The notes below the pieces were generated by a model, which saw only the letters and a list, made by a program, of their open reading frames with translations, searched no databases and was not told where the DNA came from. The position numbers were made by a program, and so were the translations under genes. Shown piece by piece: positions 1-9,261 of a DNA stretch of 64,000 nt; positions within the stretch are counted from its first letter, which is position 1; the number at the start of each line of letters is the position of its first letter. Source of the stretch: Sedimentisphaerales bacterium (GTDB lineage: Bacteria; Planctomycetota; Phycisphaerae; Sedimentisphaerales; Anaerobacaceae); the NCBI GenBank assembly GCA_040772485.1, contig JAXGYC010000007.1:544001-608000 (forward strand), given 5' to 3'.

Positions 1-411
1 CACAGCGGCCGGCAGTCGATGCCGCTGGCGTACGACAATTCGGCTTCGCCGTTCTACTCCGAGGCCGAGTTCGACCTTGGCGGTACGGACCTGATGACCG
101 GTGGGGCCGTCTCCCTGAGGTTGTTCTTCCACGGTGATGCGGCGAACGTCGCCGCGACGCTCTACGTGGCGATTGAGGATGGCGCCGGCAACGTCGCTGT
201 CGCAGCGCATCCGGACCCGGATGCGGCCCTCGCCGACTCCTGGCAGGAGTGGGTGATTCCGTACAGCGAATTGACGGCCGGCGGTGTGAATCTGAGTCGC
301 GCCACCACGATCTACATCGGACTCGGCGATCGGAACAGCCCGACAGCCGGCGGTACGGGACTGGTGTTCATCGACGACGTCGGGTTCGGCACGGCACGGT
401 CCGGCATCTGA
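1..411 (+). CDS. C-terminal part of a large secreted beta-sandwich (CBM-like) protein, 5' end outside window
   Basis: Frame open from base 1 (HSGRQSMPLAYDN...). The ending WQEWVIP...IYIGLG...GTGLVFIDDV resembles the C-terminal module of large Sedimentisphaerales surface proteins. Confidence 0.7.
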   Translation, partial: HSGRQSMPLAYDNSASPFYSEAEFDLGGTDLMTGGAVSLRLFFHGDAANVAATLYVAIEDGAGNVAVAAHPDPDAALADSWQEWVIPYSELTAGGVNLSRATTIYIGLGDRNSPTAGGTGLVFIDDVGFGTARSGI

Positions 412-926
412 TGGAACGCCGCTGAACAGTCTTCGACCCCGATGGCCGCGTTGCCACGAGGCGTTGCACCGCCAGTTCGCGGTTGATGACAGGTCAGAGT
501 TGCCCGTCGATGGGCTGCCCGAAGCAGAATGCTTGGCTGTCCCGGGGACAGGGGCGACGTTGGCGGTAACCCATGTCGCCTCCCCTCTCCCATGTTCATG
601 GCTCGAAGCGATAAATCCCAGGGGCCTGGGGACAGAGTCCCCAGTAGCTGAAATGCAAAACAGGCTACCGATGAATTCGTGACTGTCACAACCGGCCCTG
701 TTGCACTTCGCATGTTAATGCGCCGACTGGGCACGTTGCGTGAATGCCTATCTCGGTTCTTGCGTCCGGTGGGCGAAGAGAGACTCACCGCAATAGTCTC
801 ACCCTTCCATGAATTCGCGTTCTCCGCTATTGACGCTGCGACTTGTCGATGGAATGATACAGGTGGCGTTCTACTCCATCTGCTCGGCAGTTGGATGAGG
901 CGGAAAGACTGAGAGGCGTGCGGACT

Positions 927-1598
927 ATGGCCGGCAGGACAACTGACCTACGAGCCATGAAACTGGAGCATATCAAGAGGGAGTACGATCGTGCCCAGTC
1001 TTATGTCGAGAGACGTGGTGCTCGTATTGACATCATCAGAGGCTGGAACGTAACCGTAATAGGCGGATACATGGCCTGGACGCTGAAAGCCGGCACCTGG
1101 AACTGGATTTCAGTCCTGCTGCTTCTTGGCGTCATCTGTCTTTTCTGGATCATGGAGGCATTTGCAGTCGCTGGTGTGCGGCTCTTCATCGACTACACGC
1201 TCAATCAAGCGGACAGACTGTTCTCTGCAAGTAGTGATGATTTCGAAAAGCGATTCGCTGCCTATGAATTCATCAACAGCGTCCAAACCAGCAAGTACAA
1301 GGAGTGGTGCAGCAGCGGAGGAAAGGTGGATAGGTTTTCTCAGGGGCTGCTCAATTGTGAAGCAGGCGTGTTCTACTTCGCACCTCTGTGGATTCTATCG
1401 GTCATTCAATACTTGGATTGCATGGATATATCGGGTTGGCTTTTCGCGATCTACTGGGTGAGCATGTTTGTCGCTGGTGCCTTTCTGTTTGGCGTGGCGT
1501 GTTTTCGCCGGGATTGGCTCTGGCGACAGGTGTGTCGTCTCGGGAAATGGGCCTGTCGACTTGGGAAGAGACGTGTGTGTCCGTCGAAACCAACGTAA
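927..1598 (+). CDS. Orphan multi-pass membrane protein
   Basis: ATG at 927. About four hydrophobic segments, motif RGWNVT...FWIMEA, visibly more AT-rich than the flanks. Confidence 0.7.
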   Translation: MAGRTTDLRAMKLEHIKREYDRAQSYVERRGARIDIIRGWNVTVIGGYMAWTLKAGTWNWISVLLLLGVICLFWIMEAFAVAGVRLFIDYTLNQADRLFSASSDDFEKRFAAYEFINSVQTSKYKEWCSSGGKVDRFSQGLLNCEAGVFYFAPLWILSVIQYLDCMDISGWLFAIYWVSMFVAGAFLFGVACFRRDWLWRQVCRLGKWACRLGKRRVCPSKPT

Positions 1599-1673
1599 CG
1601 CCCCCGAGAATCGGCTGGATATCGTGCTGATTTCAGCCCTGGATTGCGTACGGCGGCAGGTATCGCTATTCGG

Positions 1674-2159
1674 TCAATGATGCGAGTAGAAGTAGTAGCC
1701 TCTTTGCCGCTCGACATCGTAGGCGAGGGTGTATCCGCCACCATTGCTCCAGCGTTCTTCGTAGAATAGATCGCCTTTAGTTAGAGCCGCGAGACAGCGT
1801 TCCATTCTCTGTTCGTCGGCGAGAAACTCATTGGGCTCGGTGATAGGGGGAACTGCTCCTGTCCTTTCCAGCCACGGCAGGCAACGGAACACAGTCTGCG
1901 GCTCCCCGGCCAGTTCGTGCAGGGGCTTGCCGGCCTGGCGACACCACGCTTCAAAGGGTTCGCGCTGGATGTCGAACTCTGCGATTCGACAGCCCATAAA
2001 CTGATCGATGTAGCTGATGTTCCTCGCTTCGGCCGGCAGCCACGACACCGAATCAACACCGACGCCGTAACCTCCGTTGATATGCTGCCACGCCATAGCG
2101 AGGAGTATCACGAGAGAAATCAAGACTACAATTGTTCGTCGTTTCATTGAACGCGACAT
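1674..2159 (-). CDS. Hypothetical protein with N-terminal membrane anchor or signal
   Basis: 161-aa ORF, basic plus hydrophobic N-terminus, GAGG upstream of ATG. Confidence 0.7.
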   Translation of the reverse strand: MSRSMKRRTIVVLISLVILLAMAWQHINGGYGVGVDSVSWLPAEARNISYIDQFMGCRIAEFDIQREPFEAWCRQAGKPLHELAGEPQTVFRCLPWLERTGAVPPITEPNEFLADEQRMERCLAALTKGDLFYEERWSNGGGYTLAYDVERQRGYYFYSHH

Positions 2160-2452
2160 CCAACCTCTGTGTGATAGAGCGATAGCTCACAAGGGCGCAC
2201 GCCATCTTCCATAACCGCCGCAATGGGATCTTACAGCCGGAGTGCAGACAGGTCAATTGTGAGCCGTGTGGAGAAATCTCGCTGAGAGTGGGCGCCACAC
2301 GAAGGAGCGGTTCTGGGAGACACACAGGGACAGGTGCCTGTTTTCGGTTGATGGATGACGAATATGACCGATAGGTGTGTGATGCAAGATGGGCCGGGGA
2401 CTGGCGGCCCGTTGCTGGTCTGGGTGTACAGCAAGGACAGCGGCGGCGACAG

Positions 2453-2480
2453 GTAGGGGCGAATAATCATTCGCCCCTAC
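2453..2480. repeat. REP-like palindrome, family A (GTAGGGGCGAAT-N4-ATTCGCCCCTAC)
   Basis: Perfect 12-bp stem starting with GTAG. Identical copy at 36452, variants at 28142, 30423, 39015 and 53415. Confidence 0.85.
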
Positions 2481-2661
2481 GTCTCCAGTGGACGCCCAGT
2501 GGTGGTGGAGGCGGCGGATCGTCGACGACTTGGGGGTTACCGCGGACGTATCACCTTTCACGATGTCCGGTACCTGCGATTCGCAGGTAGCGCGTTGCGA
2601 CCTTCTCACGCCGGATACGGTCGCATGGGAAACACCGGAGACAGACTCACTTGTGGATTCT

Positions 2662-2684
2662 GCATGGGCTGAAGCCCATCCTAC
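2662..2684 (-). repeat. REP-like palindrome, family B (GTAGGATGGGCTTCAGCCCATGC)
   Basis: GTAG plus hairpin. Near-identical copy at 4137-4159. Overlaps the TAG stop of the PQQ gene. Confidence 0.8.
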
Positions 2685-3985
2685 GGGATTGTTTGAATGC
2701 AGTAGAGGAAGCGGTTTGAGCGGAGGAAGAGACGCTGATTGCTGATGGCGGGTGAGGCGTTGAAGTCGCTGGGGTCAGATGCGAACTGGTTGTGGGCGAG
2801 GATCCGGAATTCCGGCCGGGCGGGCAGCACGAAGGCGCCGCCCTTTCGCGTCACGACGTAGATTCGGCCCTCGGCGGCGACCGCGGAGGCGTAGACCGCA
2901 AACCGCTCGACGACGGGCAGCTTCTCGCGGTACCGAAGCTCGCCGGTGGCGGTCTCCACACAGCAGGCCTGCCCGTAGGCATCCACCCAATACATCAGGC
3001 CGTCCACAATCACCGGCGACGGCGGGCTGGCAACGTTCTTGCTGGACCAGACGATGTGCGTGTCGGTGACATCGCCCTGGCCGCCGAGGCGCACCGCCAG
3101 AGAGCCGTGCTGACGCGGGCCGCCGCCGTGGATGTAGGCGACGCCGTCGAGGACCACCGGGCTGGGGATCATGTCGTCGTCAATGCCGGTGCGGGCGAAC
3201 CAAAGCTCCCGGCCGGTCAGCGGATCGAGTCCCCAGACCACGGACGGGACGGAAACGACCAGTTCCACGCGGCCATCTGTCTGCTCGGCCACGACGGGCG
3301 TGCTGAACGACAGCCCCGTCTTGGAGGAGTCCTTCTTCCAGACCTGCCGGCCCGTTCGCGCATCCAGCGCGTAGAGGGCCTTGCTCTCGTCCCAGGCGTT
3401 GACGAAGACCAGGTGCTTGTAGAGAGCGAGGCTCGTCGCGGCACCCCAGCGTTTCTGGTCCGTGTCGGCACCCACGCCGGTCTGCCAGAGCTGCTTGCCG
3501 TTCGGGTCGAAGGCGAGTACGCCGGTCTTGCCGAAGAAGACATAGATCCGCTGCCCATCCGTCACGGGGGTCTGGCTGGCGTAGCCATGCTCGCGGAGCA
3601 TGCCCCGGTAGAGGTCTTCCGGCTGCGTCGCCGGCACGGCTGTGTCCCAGAGCAGCTCTCCATCTGTGGCTCTAATGCACACGAGATGGCGCTTCAGACC
3701 GTTCGGGTCGCCCGGCTCGTTCGGGTCCAGGCCATAGCCGGAATAGCACGTCACGTAGACTCGGTCGCCGAAGACGATGGGACTGGACGAGCCCGGTCCC
3801 GGCAGCGGGGTCTTCCAGGCGAGGTTCTCCGTCTCGCTCCACGTCAGAGCCAGACCCGTCTGGTCGCTGACGCCCCGCGCGCCAGGCCCTCGAAACCCGG
3901 CCCAATCCGCTGCCGGCGTGGACCCTGCCGATACTGCCCATGTCACCATCCAGACAACCATCCACGCTGCTGTATATCGTTTCAC
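2681..3985 (-). CDS. Secreted PQQ-binding-like (BamB-like) beta-propeller protein
   Basis: Signal peptide, DW..FRGP, LAWKTPLPGPG.SSP, repeated D..TG...W blades, ASPAIS...LFLRS C-terminus. Confidence 0.9.
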   Translation of the reverse strand: MKRYTAAWMVVWMVTWAVSAGSTPAADWAGFRGPGARGVSDQTGLALTWSETENLAWKTPLPGPGSSSPIVFGDRVYVTCYSGYGLDPNEPGDPNGLKRHLVCIRATDGELLWDTAVPATQPEDLYRGMLREHGYASQTPVTDGQRIYVFFGKTGVLAFDPNGKQLWQTGVGADTDQKRWGAATSLALYKHLVFVNAWDESKALYALDARTGRQVWKKDSSKTGLSFSTPVVAEQTDGRVELVVSVPSVVWGLDPLTGRELWFARTGIDDDMIPSPVVLDGVAYIHGGGPRQHGSLAVRLGGQGDVTDTHIVWSSKNVASPPSPVIVDGLMYWVDAYGQACCVETATGELRYREKLPVVERFAVYASAVAAEGRIYVVTRKGGAFVLPARPEFRILAHNQFASDPSDFNASPAISNQRLFLRSNRFLYCIQTIP

Positions 3986-4136
3986 TACGTTGCTCCCGTT
4001 GCCTGTCTATGCGATCGGCACGTTCCTGCTCATTCCGGGGAATCCTCCTGCCGTGGGCTTCCACCGATCCCATTATACCGACGGGCTCGTACCATGTGTA
4101 GAGTGGGGTTACGCCCGGGTGCATCGACTCCGATCC

Positions 4137-4159
4137 GCATGGGCTAAAGCCCATCCTAC
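4137..4159 (-). repeat. REP-like palindrome, family B
   Basis: Minus strand reads GTAGGATGGGCTTTAGCCCATGC and overlaps the TAG stop of the last permease. Confidence 0.8.
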
Positions 4160-6672
4160 TCGTAGCGCAGCGCCTCCATCGGGTCGATCCGCGCGGCACG
4201 CCGGGCGGGTACGTACCCGGCCAGCAGCGAGGTGACGCCGAGCAACACGACGGTCGCAGCGATGCTCGCGGGATCGATGGGATCGACCCCGCACAGAACG
4301 CTGGCGATCACACGGGCAACGGTCAAAGCCAGGACCATTCCCATGAGTAATCCCACCAGCGTCAAGGCCGCTCCTTCCCGCAAAACCATTGCCAGAATAT
4401 CCCTGCACGTGGCGCCCAGCGCCATGCGAATCCCGATCTCCGCGGTCCGGGAGGCCACCATGTATCCCTTGACAGCGTAGATGCCCAAGGCCGCCAGAAA
4501 CAACGCCATGGCGCCAAAAGTCACCGCCAGCCCTGCCACGATGCGTACCAGCCACATATTCGGGCCATTGCGGTGGAAGTCCGACATAGTCATCAGCGAC
4601 AGGATCGCCACGTGCGGGTCCACCTTGCGAATCTCCTGTGGCAGGTTCGCCAGCAGAGCCGTCTGGGCTTCGGGGACGCCGCCAGTCATGCGGACATGGA
4701 TGTAGATCGGAGCGTCGTAGGAGTCCAAATCGCGTGTGAGAGGCAGGTAGACGTGCGGCCGCATCTGTTTCTCGAAGATGCCATGGCGCACGCCCCGCAC
4801 AATGCCCACGACCTCATGAGGCTTGCGCCCGGCCCCCGAGATCAGGCAACCCAGCGCGTTTCCATCGGGCCGAAGCCGGCGCGCCTGCAACTCATCGATG
4901 ACAACGACCGGGGCATCCGTAAGCCACTCCGCGCGACGGAAGTATCGGCCCTGCAACAGTGGGAGCCCCATGGCCTGCAAGTAATCGCCGCCGATACCGT
5001 GAATGATGCTCAGCGGCGTATCCATGGACACAGGCCTGTCACCGTCTGCGTCGGCTCTGCACTCGTGGATGTCGTTGCACGGAATTCCGACTCCGAAGGG
5101 CATGGAAGTGGAAAGGCCGACCGCTTGGACGGACGGCAACGCGCCCAGGTGGTCCACCAATCGCTCGCAGATTTGCAGGCTCTGGCTTCGGGTGCGACCG
5201 GCCCGACGGGGTTCCACTTCGATCAGCAGCTTGTCGTGGAGGCTGTAACCGGGAGTCATGCGAGTCGCGGTCAGGGCACTATGGGTGAACAGGCTTGCTC
5301 CCATGACGAGCACAACGGACAGCGCGGTCTGGCAGGCCGCCGACAGGCCGCGTGGCGAGAGGCGACGAGTTTTCACGATGGGTTGCAGAACACCGCCTTT
5401 GGCTTCCTTCAGGTCGACAACAATGTCGCGCCGGGAAAGCCGCAACGCGGGCCTCAAACCGGACAACACGGCGGCAATCACGCAGAATCCCACCGTCGCC
5501 GCCAGAACACGAGCGTCGAGCCCCGCCTCCAATGCCGTCCCCATCTCGAAGGGCAACCTCAGAGCGCCCAGTGCGGTATTCAGGATCTTCGTACCCCAGA
5601 AAGCAAGGGCCAGTCCGCCGATCCCGCCCAGGCCTGCCAGCAACAGGGACTCGATCAACAACTGTCGTATGATTCGCGTCCGCCCGCCGCCGATGGCCAT
5701 GCGGATGGCAATCTCGCGACGCCGGGAAGCCCCCTGCACTACCTGCATATTTGCGAGGTTCAGGCACGCAATGAGCAGGACAATTCCGGATATACCCATC
5801 AGGAACAGGCCCAAGGCAGACAATTTCCCTTGGTCGTTGTCCTCGTATGTGGTGAGTCTGCCCGGCCGGTGGAGGTAGAACGTGCGCCCCTGCTCCTGCC
5901 GGTCGGGGAAGCTCTCCTTCAGACGCGCCGCCATAGCCGGGAGCCGGGCCTGAGCCTGGGACAGACTCACGTCGGCCTTGAGCCGACCCACCAGGGCCAG
6001 CGTGGGGTAGTCCCAGTAGTCGCTCGACGCGTTGGCCGGTCGCGGTTCCCAGGTGTCCTTGATGACGAGGCTATAGACCCCCAGGGGAAGCCACAGGTCA
6101 GGTCCGAACAGCGATGTTCCCGTGAATCGCTTCGGAGCTACACCGATCACCTGAAAAAGAGCACCGTTGACGGACACTCGTGCGCCCACGATGTTCGGAT
6201 CGGCCCCCTGCCGCTGCCAGGCCCGATAGCTGAGGACAGCGACCGGCGACGCACCTACCCGTTCCTCTTCCGGCAAGAAACTCCGTCCTCGCGCCGGCGC
6301 AATCCCCAACGAGGTGAAGTAGTTGGCGGATACGAACATGGCGTAGGCCCGCCGGGTGCTGTCCCCCTGTTCAAGCGTGACAAACTGCGTGTCCCAGCCG
6401 TGCGCCGCCAAGTCACTGAAGATGGGATTGTTGTCCCGCAGAACGATGTAGGCGGAGTACGGAATGAACGCGAATCCGCGAGAACGGCAACCCATCAGTC
6501 GACCGGGGTCTTTCACCGGCGCAGGCCGCAGTAGCAGCACGTTGACCACGCTGAACATGATCGTGTTGGCGCCGATGCCGATCGCCAGGGTGACCAACGC
6601 AATCGCCGTGAACCCAGGCGACTTCCTCAGCGTCCGCAGCCCGTACCGGATGTCCTGCCACAAAGTCGTCAT
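4156..6672 (-). CDS. ABC transporter permease, ADOP/duplicated MacB-FtsX type (copy 6)
   Basis: WQDIRYGLR, GIGANT.MFS, LLIACLNLAN, EIAIRMAIG, EIGIRMALGA, IDPMEALRYE. Confidence 0.95.
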   Translation of the reverse strand: MTTLWQDIRYGLRTLRKSPGFTAIALVTLAIGIGANTIMFSVVNVLLLRPAPVKDPGRLMGCRSRGFAFIPYSAYIVLRDNNPIFSDLAAHGWDTQFVTLEQGDSTRRAYAMFVSANYFTSLGIAPARGRSFLPEEERVGASPVAVLSYRAWQRQGADPNIVGARVSVNGALFQVIGVAPKRFTGTSLFGPDLWLPLGVYSLVIKDTWEPRPANASSDYWDYPTLALVGRLKADVSLSQAQARLPAMAARLKESFPDRQEQGRTFYLHRPGRLTTYEDNDQGKLSALGLFLMGISGIVLLIACLNLANMQVVQGASRRREIAIRMAIGGGRTRIIRQLLIESLLLAGLGGIGGLALAFWGTKILNTALGALRLPFEMGTALEAGLDARVLAATVGFCVIAAVLSGLRPALRLSRRDIVVDLKEAKGGVLQPIVKTRRLSPRGLSAACQTALSVVLVMGASLFTHSALTATRMTPGYSLHDKLLIEVEPRRAGRTRSQSLQICERLVDHLGALPSVQAVGLSTSMPFGVGIPCNDIHECRADADGDRPVSMDTPLSIIHGIGGDYLQAMGLPLLQGRYFRRAEWLTDAPVVVIDELQARRLRPDGNALGCLISGAGRKPHEVVGIVRGVRHGIFEKQMRPHVYLPLTRDLDSYDAPIYIHVRMTGGVPEAQTALLANLPQEIRKVDPHVAILSLMTMSDFHRNGPNMWLVRIVAGLAVTFGAMALFLAALGIYAVKGYMVASRTAEIGIRMALGATCRDILAMVLREGAALTLVGLLMGMVLALTVARVIASVLCGVDPIDPASIAATVVLLGVTSLLAGYVPARRAARIDPMEALRYE

Positions 6673-6804
6673 TGCATGACTCCAGTGCTCAGTTCACAGT
6701 TGTCGGTTCTCAGTTCACAGTTGTCGGTTGTCAGTTCCCAGTTGTCAGTTATCGGCGGTCAGGAATCTGCTGCGAACTGTCAACTGTGAACTGTCAACTC
6801 ATCC
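6673..6804. repeat. Heptamer inverted-array spacer (132 bp; 10+4 units of CAGTTnn/nnAACTG)
   Basis: Units counted directly. Shares the core ATCGGCGGTCAGGAATCTGCTGCG with three other spacers. Confidence 0.95.
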
Positions 6805-9252
6805 CTATTCGTAGCGAAGGGCCTCCATCGGGTCGATCCGCGCGGCCCGGCGGGCGGGAAGGTAGCTGGCCAGCAGGGATGCCCCCGCCAGAGCGAGCGA
6901 CACGCACGCAAAGGTCGCCGGGTCGGTGCACGTCACGCCGTAGAGGAAGCTGGAGATCACTTTCGTCAGGAGCAGTGCTCCGACCACACCGATCACGATG
7001 CCGACCAATGCGAGCTTGATGCCCTGGCCCACCACCGCCCGCAGGATGTCGGCCTGGCGCGCGCCCAGGGCCATGCGAATCCCGATATCATGGGTCTGAC
7101 GCGTGGTGTTGTACTGGAGCAGGCCGTAAATGCCGATGGTCGCCAGCGCCAACGCGATGCCGGCGAAGATCCCAAGCAGGGTCATGACAAACCGCCGGGG
7201 TCCCAGCATCTCCGACAGCGTCGCCTCCATCGGCTCGATCGCCCTGATCACCTGATCCCTTTCCAGTTCGGCAACGAGCCTTCGAATGGTGGGTACCAGG
7301 CGCATCGGGTCGCCGTCCGTTCGCACCAGGACGGCCGCCCATTTCGAGTACTCCGTGCCTCGCGTGTAGACAGTCCCCATGACCGGCCCGGGCGCGGCAA
7401 AGCTGCGAATCGTACCCACGACCCCGGCCACGGTGTGGACATGCTGCCCGGACCAATCGTCCATCACGAAGGTCTGGCCAAGGGGATTGCTATCGGGGAA
7501 ACACTCGTGCGCAAGGATCTCGTCAATCACGATGGCGTTTGGGTCCTGGTCGTCAAACGCCCGCCCGGCGAGCCGGCGCATGCCCACGGCATCGAAGAAG
7601 CCCGGCGTCACGGATATCCAGCGGGCCGAACGGGGTTGTCCCGGTCCCGTCGGTCCGGTGATGGTGAAATTCTTCTCGTAGGCACCGGATGAACTGGTGA
7701 TGTCGGTCCCGCAATAGTCGTCGACGCGACCTCCCACCGAACGGACGGCAGGAAGGGTACGGATGCGTTCGAAGAGAGGACCGAAGAAGCCATTGCACTG
7801 GTCGGTTTCGGTGTATTTCGCATATGGAAGCTCGATATGCATGGTCAGGAGGTTCCGCGGGGGGAATCCCAGATCGACCGTCTGCAAGGCCACCAGCGTG
7901 CGAATCAACAGAGCGGCGCCGATCAGCAAGACCAGCGAGAGACCCAACTGGCTCACTACCAGGCCATCGTGGAGACGACGCCATCGCCGACCGCCCGTCG
8001 TGCGTCCGGTGCCTTGCTTGAGGGTCTCGTTGACGCCGATGTCGGAAGCCCTCCAGGCGGGCACCAGGCCGAACAGCAGTCCCGTCAGCAGCGAGACACC
8101 CAGGGTGAAGGCGAGGACCCGCAGGTCGACGTTCGTCTCCTGCAAGCGCGGGATATCGGCCGGGCACAGGGCCACCAATCCCTTGACCGAGCAGAACGTC
8201 AGGAACAGACCCAGGCCGCCGGCTGCCAGGCTGAGCAGAAGACTCTCGGTGAGCATCTGACGGATGAGGCGACCGCGTCCGGCCCCGAGCGCCAGGCGCA
8301 TGGCCATCTCACGTTGTCGCGTGGTGGCGCGGGCCAGGAACAGATTGGCGACGTTGGCACAAGCAATCAGCAACACGAATCCCGCCGCCCCCAGTAACAG
8401 CAGCGGCAACCTCCGATGATGGTACACGAGTGCATATAGAAACCGGTATACATCAACGACATTGGGTGCGCCGTCGCCAGGCTCGGTGTGTCGGAGACGA
8501 CTGACCAGAACCTCCAGGTCCGCACTGGCCCGCTGGGGCGTGACGCCTTTCTTGAGACGGGCCAGCGGAATGACCGGGGCATCATGAGGCTGCGCCGGAC
8601 CTTCGGGAAAGATCATCGCTCGCCAGAAGTGCACCCCCTTGCCGAAGGGAAAGCTGAAGCCAGGGGGCATCACACCAACGATCGTGTGCGTCTCGGACAC
8701 CATGTCGACGTCCCAATCCGCGTTGCGCTTCCAGGCGGTGAGGGTAAGGTTCCGGCCCACGGCATTCGGGTCCGCGCCCAGGTGATCCCGCCAGAAGGCG
8801 TGACTGACAACCACCACGCGCGGACTTCCAGGCTTCTCATCTTCCGGGCCGAACCCGCGTCCCTGTATCGGCTGGATATCCAACAGGGAGAAGAGATTGG
8901 CGGTGGCGTCGCAGCCCATGACTTGATGGGGAGTCTCTATCCCGTGGACGTACAGCGGACAACCGCAACAGCCGGCGACCGATTCGAACACGTGGTTGTG
9001 TTCCCGAAGATAGAGGAAGTTCGGACGGTAGCTGAATTGCTCGGTTCGGTCGATGTCCGACTGCCGGATCCACACCAACTCATGCGAGTCCTTGTAGGGC
9101 AAGGGCCTCAGCATCACGGCGTTGACCACGCTGAAGAGCGCCGTATTAGCCGCGATGCCCACCGCTAATATCCCAACGACCAGGGCCGCAAAGCCGCGAC
9201 TTCGCGCCACCATCCGCAACCCGTACCTGATGTCCAGCCACAGTGTCTCCAT
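6805..9252 (-). CDS. ABC transporter permease, ADOP type (copy 5, divergent subfamily)
   Basis: LLIACANVANLFLARA, REMAMRLALGA, DIGIRMALGA, IDPMEALRYE. Confidence 0.95.
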   Translation of the reverse strand: METLWLDIRYGLRMVARSRGFAALVVGILAVGIAANTALFSVVNAVMLRPLPYKDSHELVWIRQSDIDRTEQFSYRPNFLYLREHNHVFESVAGCCGCPLYVHGIETPHQVMGCDATANLFSLLDIQPIQGRGFGPEDEKPGSPRVVVVSHAFWRDHLGADPNAVGRNLTLTAWKRNADWDVDMVSETHTIVGVMPPGFSFPFGKGVHFWRAMIFPEGPAQPHDAPVIPLARLKKGVTPQRASADLEVLVSRLRHTEPGDGAPNVVDVYRFLYALVYHHRRLPLLLLGAAGFVLLIACANVANLFLARATTRQREMAMRLALGAGRGRLIRQMLTESLLLSLAAGGLGLFLTFCSVKGLVALCPADIPRLQETNVDLRVLAFTLGVSLLTGLLFGLVPAWRASDIGVNETLKQGTGRTTGGRRWRRLHDGLVVSQLGLSLVLLIGAALLIRTLVALQTVDLGFPPRNLLTMHIELPYAKYTETDQCNGFFGPLFERIRTLPAVRSVGGRVDDYCGTDITSSSGAYEKNFTITGPTGPGQPRSARWISVTPGFFDAVGMRRLAGRAFDDQDPNAIVIDEILAHECFPDSNPLGQTFVMDDWSGQHVHTVAGVVGTIRSFAAPGPVMGTVYTRGTEYSKWAAVLVRTDGDPMRLVPTIRRLVAELERDQVIRAIEPMEATLSEMLGPRRFVMTLLGIFAGIALALATIGIYGLLQYNTTRQTHDIGIRMALGARQADILRAVVGQGIKLALVGIVIGVVGALLLTKVISSFLYGVTCTDPATFACVSLALAGASLLASYLPARRAARIDPMEALRYE

Positions 9253-9261
9253 GCGTCTCTC

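Noticed and set aside
494..574. 26-aa minus-strand ORF with GGAGG RBS
   Set aside because: Too short, no motif and no independent support.
2320..2350. GGGACAGGTGCCTGTTTT hairpin as a possible transposon end
   Set aside because: Single copy, no partner end and no transposase remnant.
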